Source of the DNA: Candidatus Heimdallarchaeota archaeon
Lineage (GTDB): Archaea > Asgardarchaeota > Heimdallarchaeia > JABLTI01
Direction of reading: 5' to 3'
Assembly: GCA_018238155.1 (NCBI GenBank)
Contig: JABCTZ010000025.1
Location: 32,001-96,000 of the forward strand
Length of the DNA stretch: 64,000 nucleotides
The position numbers were made by a program, and so were the translations under genes. Shown in pieces: positions 38,983 through 50,132 of this stretch. The notes under the pieces are model-generated. The model was given only the letters and a program-made list of their open reading frames with translations, was not told the origin of the DNA and searched no databases. The number at the start of each line of letters is the position of its first letter. Position 1 is the first letter of the stretch.

Positions 38983-39723
38983 TTGATTTTAAACATGATG
39001 ATTAAAATGATTGCAACAGAAGATTGGTGGAACGTATTAATTAATTTCAATGAATCCATAATGCCTTTTCAATTTATTTGGGCAGGGATTGCTCTAATAT
39101 TGACGATTTGGTTTTTCATTAAACCCGGAAAAATAACTAACATATTGTTAAAAGTATATTTTATGCTCAGTTTTGCTTTTATTTCAATTATGTTTTTTGC
39201 TATTAAAGGGCAAGAATTACCTGCTTTTGTCGGACAAACTATTTGTTTTGGTAGTCTAGCAATTTTATTTGCTTTAGATTTGAAATTGAACAAACTTCAA
39301 TTTATTATGCCTGAAAAATTGATCCCTAAAATAGTAATGATGATTTCTACAGTACTGGTTTTTCTATATCCTGTTGTTGGAATGTTATCAGGGCATGTAT
39401 ATCCTAGAATGATCATTCTTGGTACTTTTCCTTGTCCAACAGTTGCTTTAGCAATAATTTTTACCACAGCAAGTTTATCAAAAATAGAAATTAAATGGCA
39501 AAGTATTGGTTTATTTGCAATATGGCTACTACTGTTAATTTGGGCAATACCTTTTCCAATTGCTATTCAAATACCACAGTTTGGTGCTTATGAAGATATC
39601 ATTATGTTACTTATAGGCATATATGGATTAACCATGCTAATTGTGACTGTTATAAAAAAGAGCATAGAAATACGAAAAGAAAAACAATTACTAGATTCAG
39701 AAGGAATTACTATAAAAAGCTAA
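38983..39723 (+). CDS. Integral membrane protein (DUF6064-like)
   Basis: FNESIMPFQ, YP..G...GH.YP, FPCPT, YED motifs; multiple TMs. Confidence 0.7.
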   Translation: MILNMMIKMIATEDWWNVLINFNESIMPFQFIWAGIALILTIWFFIKPGKITNILLKVYFMLSFAFISIMFFAIKGQELPAFVGQTICFGSLAILFALDLKLNKLQFIMPEKLIPKIVMMISTVLVFLYPVVGMLSGHVYPRMIILGTFPCPTVALAIIFTTASLSKIEIKWQSIGLFAIWLLLLIWAIPFPIAIQIPQFGAYEDIIMLLIGIYGLTMLIVTVIKKSIEIRKEKQLLDSEGITIKS

Positions 39724-39933
39724 TAATTCCTTTAGCATTTTTTTACTAGAACATTTTAGCTGAAAGAATGATATAATTTGAAACTTTTAGTTTAGTTCAA
39801 GATAGAAATGAATGTATGCTTTTTGAAAATTATTTTCGACTTCATTCTAATTTTTATTGAATCAAAAAACAGACAAAATTCAAATAATAAAAAAAATTGG
39901 AATTGTTGATATTCCAATAAGGTTTCACAATAA

Positions 39934-40680
39934 CTAAGCAAATTTTTGAAGCATTTCTTTTACTTTGCTCTCTAATTTATCTTTATGAGTCATAACGAAG
40001 CGACATTCTTTGTCACCTTTTGCTCGACAAGAAATTTCTTTTGCATCAAGTTCTATTCCAAAGCTTTCGCTACACCAACCAGAAGAATAACCTGCATTCA
40101 TAACACAGACAGGAATTGGAGATTTCGGACCTTTCAAGACAATAAAAGAATCTGCTTCAAAAGATCTTGGATGTGTATACATCAAAAAGTAATCTTCATC
40201 AGGACTTGGTTTTGAATCAGCATCAATATCTACATTTGCCCAACCTGTAAAAGCAAAATGTACAGGACCTGCCGATAGTTTTTCTATAGGGTTATCTAAC
40301 CCCATTGAGAAATGGAATTTTCGAGCATCAGCTTGACCTAGAGCTTTAGCAAGATTATAAATCACATTAATTATATGAGGATCATTCAGTCCTTCTTCTA
40401 AATCCATCATCTCAGCCAATGCTTCTGGAAAACTTATTCTCATAGATGCCGCTCTAACAAGTATATATCGTTCACCACCAATGAGAATTCGCCCATTTGC
40501 TGGATCCCAGTTCATAGTTTCAAAATATTTTGAAACTTTTTTTTCAGCAGCAAGGAATAACGGTTTCATCTCTTTAGGTGCTTTTACAGATTGAATTTCT
40601 CCTTCCTTAAATGGAAATGAGGGTTTTGCCGCTTCAATTTGATCATCTTCTTTTTTTTTTCTAAACCATCGCATCATCAT
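39934..40680 (-). CDS. Stand-alone XylR-N/V4R domain protein
   Basis: GERYILVRA, GPVHFAFTGW, SFEA, CVMNAGYSSGW, EISCRAKGDKECRF. Confidence 0.85.
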   Translation of the reverse strand: MMMRWFRKKKEDDQIEAAKPSFPFKEGEIQSVKAPKEMKPLFLAAEKKVSKYFETMNWDPANGRILIGGERYILVRAASMRISFPEALAEMMDLEEGLNDPHIINVIYNLAKALGQADARKFHFSMGLDNPIEKLSAGPVHFAFTGWANVDIDADSKPSPDEDYFLMYTHPRSFEADSFIVLKGPKSPIPVCVMNAGYSSGWCSESFGIELDAKEISCRAKGDKECRFVMTHKDKLESKVKEMLQKFA

Positions 40681-40693
40681 TTTTTTCCTCGTA

Positions 40694-41392
40694 TCAATTA
40701 TAGGGTGATTTTAATTTACTAAACATATTTTTCATATCTGTAACCTCTATCTCTTGATCTTTATATCCCAAGATGTTGAATTTTGAATCTAAATAAACAG
40801 TAAAAGCATGTTCGCAGATTTCATGCTCAAATATTTGATGTTCTATGAATTTTAATCCTTTAGCTACCGTGGGAATTTCGATTTCCTTCTTCTTAGAACA
40901 AAATGGACAAATTATTCTGATATAATCCTTTCCTTTGGGAGTTTTTTGATTCTTTTTGCTAAAGAGTTTTGAACGTATAATATCATATTTCTCTGAAATA
41001 ACTAGTGGAAATTTACTTGTTTGAATGTGTTCAAGCTTTATAGTTGCACTTATGCTTTTTAGAGATCGGGCTAATGTAGTTGCATTCTCGTATACTAATG
41101 CTCGGTTTTTCAATTCGAATGCAGTTATTATCGAGCATTGCCTGAATCCACCGCGAGCTTTCGAATCTTTAATTGGAAATAAGTAAGCCATTGTGATAAT
41201 CTTCTCTTTAAGAAAGGGTATAATAGATTCTCCACGAAGATTTTCTTCTTTACTGTCTGAACTAAATGACAAAACACCAAGCATAACTTTCATAGTCAAT
41301 TTCTTACTTAGCGTTTCACTAAGATTTATGTTATAAACTGGGATTGGACCAACCTTTTCATCTAATACACCTACACACATGCCTTGAATCAA
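40694..41392 (-). CDS. uDENN/longin-like protein with C-terminal zinc ribbon
   Basis: GVLDEKVGPIPV (FD..GP-like), D..ARGG motif, CPFC...H..C.H.F..YLD. Confidence 0.6.
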   Translation of the reverse strand: MIQGMCVGVLDEKVGPIPVYNINLSETLSKKLTMKVMLGVLSFSSDSKEENLRGESIIPFLKEKIITMAYLFPIKDSKARGGFRQCSIITAFELKNRALVYENATTLARSLKSISATIKLEHIQTSKFPLVISEKYDIIRSKLFSKKNQKTPKGKDYIRIICPFCSKKKEIEIPTVAKGLKFIEHQIFEHEICEHAFTVYLDSKFNILGYKDQEIEVTDMKNMFSKLKSPYN

Positions 41393-41639
41393 TAAAGATC
41401 ACCAATAGGAATATATCTTCTTTTATTATTTATTGCATTTAACCTAGCAAGTTATAAGGTTTCTTCTGCTACATATTTATAAGAAGTGTTTTTTAAAAAG
41501 AATTCTCTTCAAAAAAGAAAACTCTTAAATTGGGCTCTTAGTTTTGATTTTGTTTTTCCAGAGAAGTGTTCCTAAAAGTAGAACAGATTTAATTAATTAA
41601 TTGAAATTGTTAAGGTTAGTGAAACAAAATCAACAAATT

Positions 41640-43835
41640 CTAATTATTTGCAGACACACTTGATGTAAATAGATTTTTTACAAAAAACACTAAGTTTTGT
41701 TCTGTCAAAGGATCGACTGATTCTCCTTTCTGACTTTGTTCTAGTATCGTATTCCATAATTCAGGTAATTGGTTTTGAAGAGAAGTAATTATGGTCTCTA
41801 ATTTTTCAAGAGCAGTATATGATTGTCCATCAAAGACATAGCAAAAACTCAAATCATTAAATGATTTCAGAATAACAAGAAGATCACGATACAAAATTCT
41901 TTGCAATGGTTTTTTACCTTTAGGTGTATCTTTAAGTATATTTGAAATTGATAAAGTAAATTCTTCAATAATCATATCATTATGCTTTATTTTTTCTTGT
42001 AAGAAAGTTTGATGGTAGATTGGAATTCCCGTAGGATTGAATATGATTAGCATAACGGGTTTTTCTACTGGTAAATCTTCAGCGTCAATGTAATTTTGCT
42101 TAATCTTTTTAATAATATTTTCAAACCCACTCCTTTCTACACGGTTTGCTAAGGAAAGGTCTTTCTTTGTTGTTAATTCAATAGCTTGTGAATCTCTTAA
42201 CATTATATCAAATTCATTTGAGATGGTCATTGCTAGTCTTTTGAACCCTTTTTCTTCCGCTATTTGTTGAGCTTGAGTAAACATATGGTGAGCTTTAACA
42301 ATATCTAACTCAATTAATGCAAGATAAGCTAATAACCAATTAGCTTGTGCGATAAGCCATAATGATTCTTGTTTACTTGCCATCTCATAAAGTAGATACA
42401 AATATTTTTTCATTTCAGTGAAAGATTCTTCATTGCTGTTCTTTCGAATCTGATTTAATAATATATCACATAGATTTAGCAGAACATCACCATAAATTTC
42501 AATGTTGATTATTTTTTCTTCAGCTATCTGCTTTAGTATATTCAATGCTCTTTCTAAATCTTGTTCATTTCTTTTGAATTTTAAAACCAAGGCTTCTGCT
42601 ACTCTTGACCAAAGATTAATGTTATCATTCGTTTTCTTTTTGTTTAGTTTTTGTAGTTGCTTCAAATATTGTTGAGCATTTTCTAAATCATTATCAAAGA
42701 TTGAAACTGATATAATATTATATAATATCATTCCTATAGAATTTTCAACGTTCAATTTCTTCGTAATCTCTAATGCCTTATAGAAATACACAAAAGCTAA
42801 ATCATAGTCTCCTTTTTGTGAATAAACAGAACCCAATCTATCCAAATGATAAGCAACATTTCGTTTAATGTCTAATTCTTCAAAAATCCTTAAACTATAA
42901 TCAAAGGATGCTAAAGATAAATCAAGATTACCACGTAACCTATGAATCAAAGCAATATTAGATACTAAAGAACCAATCAATCCTTTATTATCTATTTCTT
43001 TGAAGAAATCTAGTGATTTGTTTAGAAATTTCAATGCAGAACTAAACTCTCCAGATAAATAGTATATCAAACCTTGAAGAAGATTAACTTGCCCTAAGAG
43101 ATTTTTATTTTCGGTATTTTTAAGAATCTTGAAGACTTTATCAATATACAAAGAAGCCTCTTTTAATTCAGAATTTCTTAAGAAAGTATTTGAAAATCCT
43201 AAAAGAGTTCCACTAAGAACTTCTCTATTTCCAATCTTTTCTTGAATCTTTATAGCATCAAGAATAATTGACCTGCCATCCTTGTCACCTTTCACAAAAG
43301 AGGCATAGCCAAGTCTAAACAATACTTCAGCAATTTTTTCTTCATTACCTTGTTGCTGAAAAAAGGTCAAACTTTTTTGAAAGTTTTCAATAGCCTTGTC
43401 CATTTCATTTCTTCGCATTTGAAAGAGACCAACTAATTTATTATACTCAGCTCTTCGTTTCTGGCTAGCTATTCCCGTCTTTTCATGTATTGTTTCTAGT
43501 TGTTCCTCAATTTGCTTAAGAATTGAAGCAAATTCCCCTGTTTGTCCCAATTCATTTTTGACTTCCCCTTCTATTTGTAATGAATCAATAATTAGTAAAC
43601 TATCATCCAGTACTTCACTTAAGATCAAAGATTTATTTGCCAATGTTAGACATGTTGTATAATCTGCAATATAAAAGTGAATCTTTGACTTTCTTAGTAA
43701 CAACTCTATTTGAAAAGGGGTACCCATATCACTTTCGCTTAGATATTCATCAATGATTTCTAATCCTTCTCGATAATTTCCTTTTGTAAGCAACTTATCT
43801 ATTTCTTCTAATTTAGCTGATTCTTTTTTAAACAA
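41640..43835 (-). CDS. TPR protein with C-terminal longin-like domain, copy 1
   Basis: Multiple TPRs (NIALIHRLRGNLDLSL, LGSVYSQKGDYDLA); C-terminal MLIIFNPTGIPIY...FCYVFDGQSY. Confidence 0.85.
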   Translation of the reverse strand: MFKKESAKLEEIDKLLTKGNYREGLEIIDEYLSESDMGTPFQIELLLRKSKIHFYIADYTTCLTLANKSLILSEVLDDSLLIIDSLQIEGEVKNELGQTGEFASILKQIEEQLETIHEKTGIASQKRRAEYNKLVGLFQMRRNEMDKAIENFQKSLTFFQQQGNEEKIAEVLFRLGYASFVKGDKDGRSIILDAIKIQEKIGNREVLSGTLLGFSNTFLRNSELKEASLYIDKVFKILKNTENKNLLGQVNLLQGLIYYLSGEFSSALKFLNKSLDFFKEIDNKGLIGSLVSNIALIHRLRGNLDLSLASFDYSLRIFEELDIKRNVAYHLDRLGSVYSQKGDYDLAFVYFYKALEITKKLNVENSIGMILYNIISVSIFDNDLENAQQYLKQLQKLNKKKTNDNINLWSRVAEALVLKFKRNEQDLERALNILKQIAEEKIINIEIYGDVLLNLCDILLNQIRKNSNEESFTEMKKYLYLLYEMASKQESLWLIAQANWLLAYLALIELDIVKAHHMFTQAQQIAEEKGFKRLAMTISNEFDIMLRDSQAIELTTKKDLSLANRVERSGFENIIKKIKQNYIDAEDLPVEKPVMLIIFNPTGIPIYHQTFLQEKIKHNDMIIEEFTLSISNILKDTPKGKKPLQRILYRDLLVILKSFNDLSFCYVFDGQSYTALEKLETIITSLQNQLPELWNTILEQSQKGESVDPLTEQNLVFFVKNLFTSSVSANN

Positions 43836-44102
43836 AGTTAGAACACATCTTTGATGATTTTAGGATTAAATTCTTCTAAATCGGCAAATCTATTTTAAAT
43901 TATTAAGATATAACAATCAATTTTTTATAAAAAGAATTTGGTTTGTTAAAATAAGTCAAATTTCTTAAAAGATCTTAACATTCAAACACTTTTTTTGGTA
44001 ATCATAAAATAAAATAAGTAAAGATAGAATGGAAGAATTTTTCAGATTGTTTTATTCATTCCTCAATAAAAAAAATGCTAATTAGTTGTCTATGATCCAG
44101 TC

Positions 44103-44272
44103 AATGTTGTAAAATGTACAATCAGAAATGTAAAGACACTACAATCAGCAGGTATGAAAAGGTTATCCGAAATCTTTATTGAAAATCTCTCGAATAATGC
44201 AGCAATACCATCATACCAAACGAGTGATAAAAATCTTAGATATAAAACAAGAAAATACATGTGAAAAACTAT
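44103..44272 (-). pseudogene. Decayed copy of the 3' part of the phytol/dolichol kinase-like gene, with an internal deletion
   Basis: Matches about 46886-46987 joined to 47189-47252 at the AAAGCAGCAAT microhomology. Confidence 0.85.
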
Positions 44273-44325
44273 GAAATTGATTATTTAGATAACAGAAATG
44301 AATCATAAATAAGAAACTATCAAAT

Positions 44326-46518
44326 TTATGTTGCCAGTAAACCTGTTGTGAAAAGATCGTTAATGAAGAGCATTAAATTCCGCTCTGTCAATTGATCTAC
44401 AAATTTCCCTTTTTTACTTTGAAGAACAATCTTATCCCACAATTTTGGCGACTGGTTTTGAAGAGATGTTATAATAATTTCTAATCGCTCAAGAGCTGTA
44501 TATGATTGTCCATCAAAAACATAACAAAAACTAAGATCATCAAATGATTTCAAGATAACAAGAAGTTCTCGATACAAAATTCTTTGTAAGGGTTTTTTAC
44601 CTTTAGGTGTATCTTTAAGTATATTTGAAATTGATGAAGAAAACTCATCAATAATCATACCATTGTGCTTTATTTTTCCTTGTAAGAAAGTTTGATGGTA
44701 AATTAGACGTCCTTTAGAATTGAAAATACAAAGCATTATAGGTTTTTCTTCACGAAAATCATCTTCATCAACGATATTCTGTTTAATCTTTTTAATAACA
44801 TTTTCAAACCCACTCCTTTCTACACGCTCTGCTAAGGAAAGATCTTGCTTTGTTTTAAGCTCGTTATCACCTGATTTTCTTATCATTTTATCAAATTCGT
44901 TTGAAATATTCATAGCTAATCTCTTAAATCCTTTTTCTTCCGCAATTTGCTGAGCTTGAGTAAACATAGACAGAGCTTTAACCATATCTAATTCAATTAA
45001 TGCAAGATAACCCAATAGCCAATTAGATTGTGCAACAAGCCAAAACGAATCTTGTTTCTTGGCCATTTCATACAGTTGAGTCAAGTATTTCCTTATTTCA
45101 GTCAGATATACTTCTTGATTCTTTTTTCTAAGCAAATCCAATAATATATCACATAGATTAAGCAGAACTTCACCATAAATATCAATTTTAGGTTTATCTT
45201 CGTCGGCAATTTTCTTCAAAATAGTAAAAGCACGTTCAACATCATGATCATTTTTTTGTGATTTTAAGACCAGAGCTTCTGATATTCTAGTCCAAAGATC
45301 TATTCTTTTGTTTGAAGTCTCGTTATTAATTTCTTTTAATTCCACTAAATATTGTTGAGCATTTTCTAAATCATCATCATAAATTGAAACTGAGATAACA
45401 TTAGATAATATTTTTGCTTTTGCTATTTCAATATTTAGTTCTTTATATTTCTCTAGAGACTTAAAATAATAAACTAAAGCTAAATCAAGCTCTCCTTTTC
45501 GTGCATAAACAGAACCCAATTTGTCTAAATGATAAGCGATATTTTGTTGATTGTTTAATTCTTCGAAAATTAACAAGCTTTGTTTAAAAGAAGCCAATGA
45601 TAAATCTAGCTCACCTCGCAAATTATGAATTGAACCAATATTGGAAATTAGTGAACCAATTAATTTTTTATTTTCGATTTTTCTAAAAAAAGCTAGTGAT
45701 CTATTTAGAAATTTCAGAGCTAAACTGAATTCTCCTTTTCCGTAGTACAACAATCCTTGATAATTGTTAGCCATTCCCAAGAGATATCTATTTTCTGATT
45801 TTTCTAGAAGTTTGAAAATTTTCTCAAGAATTAAAAAGGCTTGTTTTCGATCGCCACTTCTTAAATATCTTACAACAAGCAACAAATAGCTTCTGCATAG
45901 AGCTTCTTTATTACCATTTTTTTCTTGTATTTCTATTGAATCAAAAATTATTAATGCATTTTCCTTTTCACCAATATTGGAGTACAGATATCCAAGTCTA
46001 CTCATTACTTCTGCAATTTTATCTTGCATATTAAGCTGCTTAAAAATGGTCAAACTTTTTTGAAGTTCTGCAATTGCTTTCTGTAGATTACTTATTTGCT
46101 GTTGATACATACCACATAATTTGTGATATTCAGCTTTTTGTATTTGTACTGCAGACTTTTTCTCTTCTTGTTTTACTTTTAGTTGTTCTTCAATTTGCTT
46201 AAGAACATAGAAAAGTTCATTTATTTGACCTAATTCAACATAGATTTCACCTTGAATTTCTAATGAAGTAATAATTAGTAAACTATCATCTATCGCTTTA
46301 CTCAGAATCAATGATTTTGATGCTAATGCCAATGATGATGTATAATCAGATAAGAACAGGAGAAATTTGGATTTTCTTAATAATAATTCAATATAAAAAA
46401 GAGTTTGTTTGTTGCTTTTGTTGATGTATTTGTCAATAATATTCAATCCTTCTTTATAGTTACCATTCGTAAGATACTTTTCTATTTCTATCAATATACT
46501 ATGTTCATCTTGAATCAA
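44326..46518 (-). CDS. TPR protein with C-terminal longin-like domain, copy 2 (tandem paralog)
   Basis: Collinear with 41640-43835, with many identical blocks. Confidence 0.85.
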   Translation of the reverse strand: MIQDEHSILIEIEKYLTNGNYKEGLNIIDKYINKSNKQTLFYIELLLRKSKFLLFLSDYTSSLALASKSLILSKAIDDSLLIITSLEIQGEIYVELGQINELFYVLKQIEEQLKVKQEEKKSAVQIQKAEYHKLCGMYQQQISNLQKAIAELQKSLTIFKQLNMQDKIAEVMSRLGYLYSNIGEKENALIIFDSIEIQEKNGNKEALCRSYLLLVVRYLRSGDRKQAFLILEKIFKLLEKSENRYLLGMANNYQGLLYYGKGEFSLALKFLNRSLAFFRKIENKKLIGSLISNIGSIHNLRGELDLSLASFKQSLLIFEELNNQQNIAYHLDKLGSVYARKGELDLALVYYFKSLEKYKELNIEIAKAKILSNVISVSIYDDDLENAQQYLVELKEINNETSNKRIDLWTRISEALVLKSQKNDHDVERAFTILKKIADEDKPKIDIYGEVLLNLCDILLDLLRKKNQEVYLTEIRKYLTQLYEMAKKQDSFWLVAQSNWLLGYLALIELDMVKALSMFTQAQQIAEEKGFKRLAMNISNEFDKMIRKSGDNELKTKQDLSLAERVERSGFENVIKKIKQNIVDEDDFREEKPIMLCIFNSKGRLIYHQTFLQGKIKHNGMIIDEFSSSISNILKDTPKGKKPLQRILYRELLVILKSFDDLSFCYVFDGQSYTALERLEIIITSLQNQSPKLWDKIVLQSKKGKFVDQLTERNLMLFINDLFTTGLLAT

Positions 46519-46870
46519 ATTTATAACCTATCTTTTAAACATTTAAAGATTGAATTTCGCACTGACAAAATTATCATAGATTACTGAATTATTATCTATT
46601 ATTTTTTATAAAAGACTTTGGTTTTGGAATCTATAGACAAAGTCTTCACAAAAATCTACCATTTAGATATTTCTAACTCAATTTGTAGAATATTCTTGAA
46701 ATATTGAATATCAAATAGAAGTGATTTGGAGTTTAATAAATTCTACAAAATAAAAGTTTAAATTTAATTCCTCCTATAAATTTTTAACAAAAAAGAAGGA
46801 ACAAGAATCTCCTGTTCATTTGATGATTTTTCCTCAACTTTTTCCATTATTCATTTCAAAAAAATAGAAC

Positions 46871-47509
46871 CTACATTCCTGCTAGGGTTGTAAAATGAAT
46901 GATTAGAAATGTAAAGACACTACAAGCAGCGGGAATGAAAAGATTATCCGTGCCCTTTATTGAAAATGTCTCGAATAAAGCAGCAATTAGAGAGGCTGTT
47001 CCTGCGAGGAAAAAGATAATCCAAATTTTAAGTTCATAAAAGTAGAAATGTACAATTAAGCATGAAACAAGAAGTATCACAAAAGAAGCTATGAAACCTG
47101 AAAGAATACCTAACCAACTTTTTTGATTGCCAAAAATAGTCATTTTTTTCTCATCTGGAACAAATTTAATGCCAATAAAAGCAGCAATACCATCATACCA
47201 AACGAGTGGTAAAAATCCTAGATATAATACAAGAGGATACATATGAAAAACTAAAACAATCCAAGTTAATGAAATAGCATAGAAAATTGTTCCTAACTTT
47301 TGCCCGTCCTCATAGGATCCAAGACGCATTTTTTCAATTGGTGAAAGTGGACCTGTAAGCCAATTAAGGGGGATAAATAGAGCTGGAATTAAACCAGCAT
47401 AGAAACCATAATCAAATAAGAAAGGAGTAAGAAAAATGATATTTCCAACACTAATATGGATAAGTTTTCTCGAAATAACATCTCTGATGTTAAATTTTCT
47501 TTCTAGAAC
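46871..47509 (-). pseudogene. Phytol/dolichol kinase-like (CTP-dependent polyprenol kinase) membrane protein, apparently 5'-truncated
   Basis: Frame extends upstream of ATG 47329 through SRKLIHISVG to a TAG at 47510-47512 with no start codon; KSWLG and DNLFIP motifs. Confidence 0.7.
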
Positions 47510-47840
47510 CTAGTTATTTATTTAATCTTAGTGTATATTGCACATGACTTATATTTTCAAATAGTTGTTTTGATCTTCTTTCAATTTTAGTTTATGAGTA
47601 AAAGGATTGATATTTAATTCACGGAATTTTAGATACAAAAATAGAATATAAAGTAAATCAAATATTAAACAACCAATACCTAGAAACTTATAAAAAGGTC
47701 ATTTTGATAGTCATAGACATTCATGAACATAAGGATCTTTGGACCTAAAGTTCCGAGCATTTTAGCTGAAGCAATATAGAGTCACAATTATAATTGAAGG
47801 AATTAGTTGAATGAAATTCTATTATTGAGATTTGATAATT

Positions 47841-48270
47841 ATGGATGAAAAAACTTGTATTTTTTTGTAAGATAGTTAGAAAAGAAACATACGCAGCTAT
47901 TCTTTATGAAGATGAAGATATATTGGCATTCATGGATATAAAACCGATCAATGAGGGACATGCTTTGATCATTCCTAAGAAACATGCTGTTTTAGTTGAA
48001 GAATTAGATAATGAATTATATCTGAAGCTATTTCCAATTGCTAGTAAAATTGCAAAAAGAATTAGAGATGTAATTCCTGAAACAACAGCGTTTAATTATT
48101 TTATAGCTGATGGAAAAGATGCAGGACAAGAAGTGTTTCATGTTCACCTTCATATTATTCCTCGAAAACCGAATGATGGTTTTGGTTTTACTTTCGAAGA
48201 AGAATATTATAATCGATTATTATCCAAAAAAGAACGTGAAAAGATAAGAGATAAAATTATCCCTATATAG
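47841..48270 (+). CDS. HIT family nucleotide hydrolase, with an extra T in the 47860-47866 run
   Basis: AFMDIKP..GHAL.IPK.H, AGQEVFHVHLHIIPR; removing one T restores MDEKTCIFCKIV. Confidence 0.85.
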
Positions 48271-48343
48271 ACTGCTGAAAAACTTTCATTAATAAACCAA
48301 TTACTCTAATAATCAATAAATGAATTTAACATTGGTGGCATAA

Positions 48344-49177
48344 GTGGACATTGTTGTACTAGATGTTGTAATTCCAGTTTCAGTAACAATATTTCTTACA
48401 TTAATCCATTTTGTGGGTGAAAAAATAAGTTCGCGATTGCATAAATGGCACTTTCAACTCGAGAGTTTAGGAGCAGGGTTAATGGTAGGCATTCTCTTTT
48501 TAGAGTTGTTTCCTCAAATTTCGATTGGAGCAATTGTATTGGATTTTTACATCTACATTCCATTGCTAACTGGCTTTGTTATAATTGCGCTTATTGAAAA
48601 AATTGTTTATAAAAAAATGCTAAAAGAGGATACTATAACCAATAATAGATTATCACAAATTGACAAGGAAGTGAATAACGAAACAACCTCAGATTCAAGT
48701 GTCGAACACGAAAGCGACATTATGGAACTCGTTTGTATAATCCCAGAACAAAATGCTATTTTTGAAGCAATTGCTTTAGTTACTCATAGTTTAATGATTG
48801 GTATATTAGTTGCTTTGGTTTTTTCTGAATATCCTCTTGAAGTAAGTTTCATAATAATGATTCCTTTTGTCATTCGAGCTTTTACCGTTGCTTTCTCTGC
48901 AGAACAAATCATGGAAGATTTAAATAAAAAACCGGAAAAAATATTTCGCATTCTAGGTGTTATAACTCCATCTTTAGGAGCTTTAGCGGGAGTATTTCTT
49001 GTTTTTAATCAAATAACCTTTTTTATTATCTTTGCTTTTGCTCTAGGTTTGGTTCTTTTCACCGTCATTCGAGATATGATCCCTCTCGGTAAAAAAGGGA
49101 AACCAATGTTCTTTCTTATCGGAGTTATCTTTACTGTTGGAATTTTCCTTCTGAATGAACTTGTACTTTTACATTAA
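48344..49177 (+). CDS. ZIP-like metal transporter / membrane protein
   Basis: LGAGLMVGILFLELFP, HSLMIG, GLVLFTVIRDMIP. Confidence 0.7.
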   Translation: MDIVVLDVVIPVSVTIFLTLIHFVGEKISSRLHKWHFQLESLGAGLMVGILFLELFPQISIGAIVLDFYIYIPLLTGFVIIALIEKIVYKKMLKEDTITNNRLSQIDKEVNNETTSDSSVEHESDIMELVCIIPEQNAIFEAIALVTHSLMIGILVALVFSEYPLEVSFIIMIPFVIRAFTVAFSAEQIMEDLNKKPEKIFRILGVITPSLGALAGVFLVFNQITFFIIFAFALGLVLFTVIRDMIPLGKKGKPMFFLIGVIFTVGIFLLNELVLLH

Positions 49178-49204
49178 GAGAAAAACTAAACCTCTCCTAT
49201 TCTT

Positions 49205-49999
49205 TTATCTTTTTTTTCTTTTAGAGAACATTTTCTTGTAAATAGTGATTCTGAGTTTTCGAGGAAGGTTTCGAGCAAAGAAAGCTAAGAATTTATTTCT
49301 AAAACCAGGAATACTGTAGATCTTGCCTTTTTTCAAATCTTTTAAGGAGGTGCCTACAACCTTCTCAGCAGTCATGAATTTTCTCTTATAAACAGGATGA
49401 TCAGAACCATACCCCAATTTCTTATGAAAGTCAGTTATGGTAAAACCTGGGCAAAGAGCTTGAATCTTTATACCCTTATCTCGTAATGAAAAATCAAGCG
49501 ACTCTGAGAAGTAGTTTAGGAAAACTTTTGTGGCACTGTACATGGCACTTGGACTAGGTGTAAATGATGCAAGTGATGAAACATTAATAATAACACCTTT
49601 TCCTTTTGCAAGCAAACCAGGTATAATCGCATGAGTCAGTTTAAGGGTAGCGATGTTATGGACCTGAACCATATTGACATGATTTTCGATCGCAACTTTA
49701 TGGAATGATCTACTCTCTCCACCGAAACCGGCATTATTCACAAGTATTTCTAAGTTGGGAGAATTCCTTATTCGTGCCTCTGCTAGCTTTAGTTCATTTT
49801 CCTTTCCAAGATCAATTAACATATAATCAGCATTAATTCCATTTTCTTCTGTAAGTTCTTTGCAAAGCTCTTCAAGAAGATTTTCTCTTCGACCTATAAG
49901 AATTAAATCATAACCATCGTTTGCAAATCTTCGGGCAAAGGCAGCACCTATTCCACTTGATGCTCCTGTTATTAGTGCTTTTGCTCTGCTTTTGGTCAT
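49205..49999 (-). CDS. Short-chain dehydrogenase/reductase
   Basis: TGASSGIG, NNAG, YSATK, LCPG. Confidence 0.92.
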   Translation of the reverse strand: MTKSRAKALITGASSGIGAAFARRFANDGYDLILIGRRENLLEELCKELTEENGINADYMLIDLGKENELKLAEARIRNSPNLEILVNNAGFGGESRSFHKVAIENHVNMVQVHNIATLKLTHAIIPGLLAKGKGVIINVSSLASFTPSPSAMYSATKVFLNYFSESLDFSLRDKGIKIQALCPGFTITDFHKKLGYGSDHPVYKRKFMTAEKVVGTSLKDLKKGKIYSIPGFRNKFLAFFARNLPRKLRITIYKKMFSKRKKR

Positions 50000-50055
50000 A
50001 GTAAATCAAGAAAAACATACTGCTTGTGCTTAAGAGGTTTCTTGTCTCAAAGATA

Positions 50056-50127
50056 ATGTTCTTAGTTATTGGAGTTGCCTTTACTATTGGGGTTTACTTT
50101 CTGAATAAACTTATGTCTGTTCAATAA
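50056..50127 (+). pseudogene. 3' remnant of a second ZIP-like transporter allele
   Basis: MFLVIGVAFTIGVYFLNKLMSVQ* aligns gap-free with MFFLIGVIFTVGIFLLNELVLLH* (49106-49177). Confidence 0.8.
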
Positions 50128-50132
50128 AAAAA

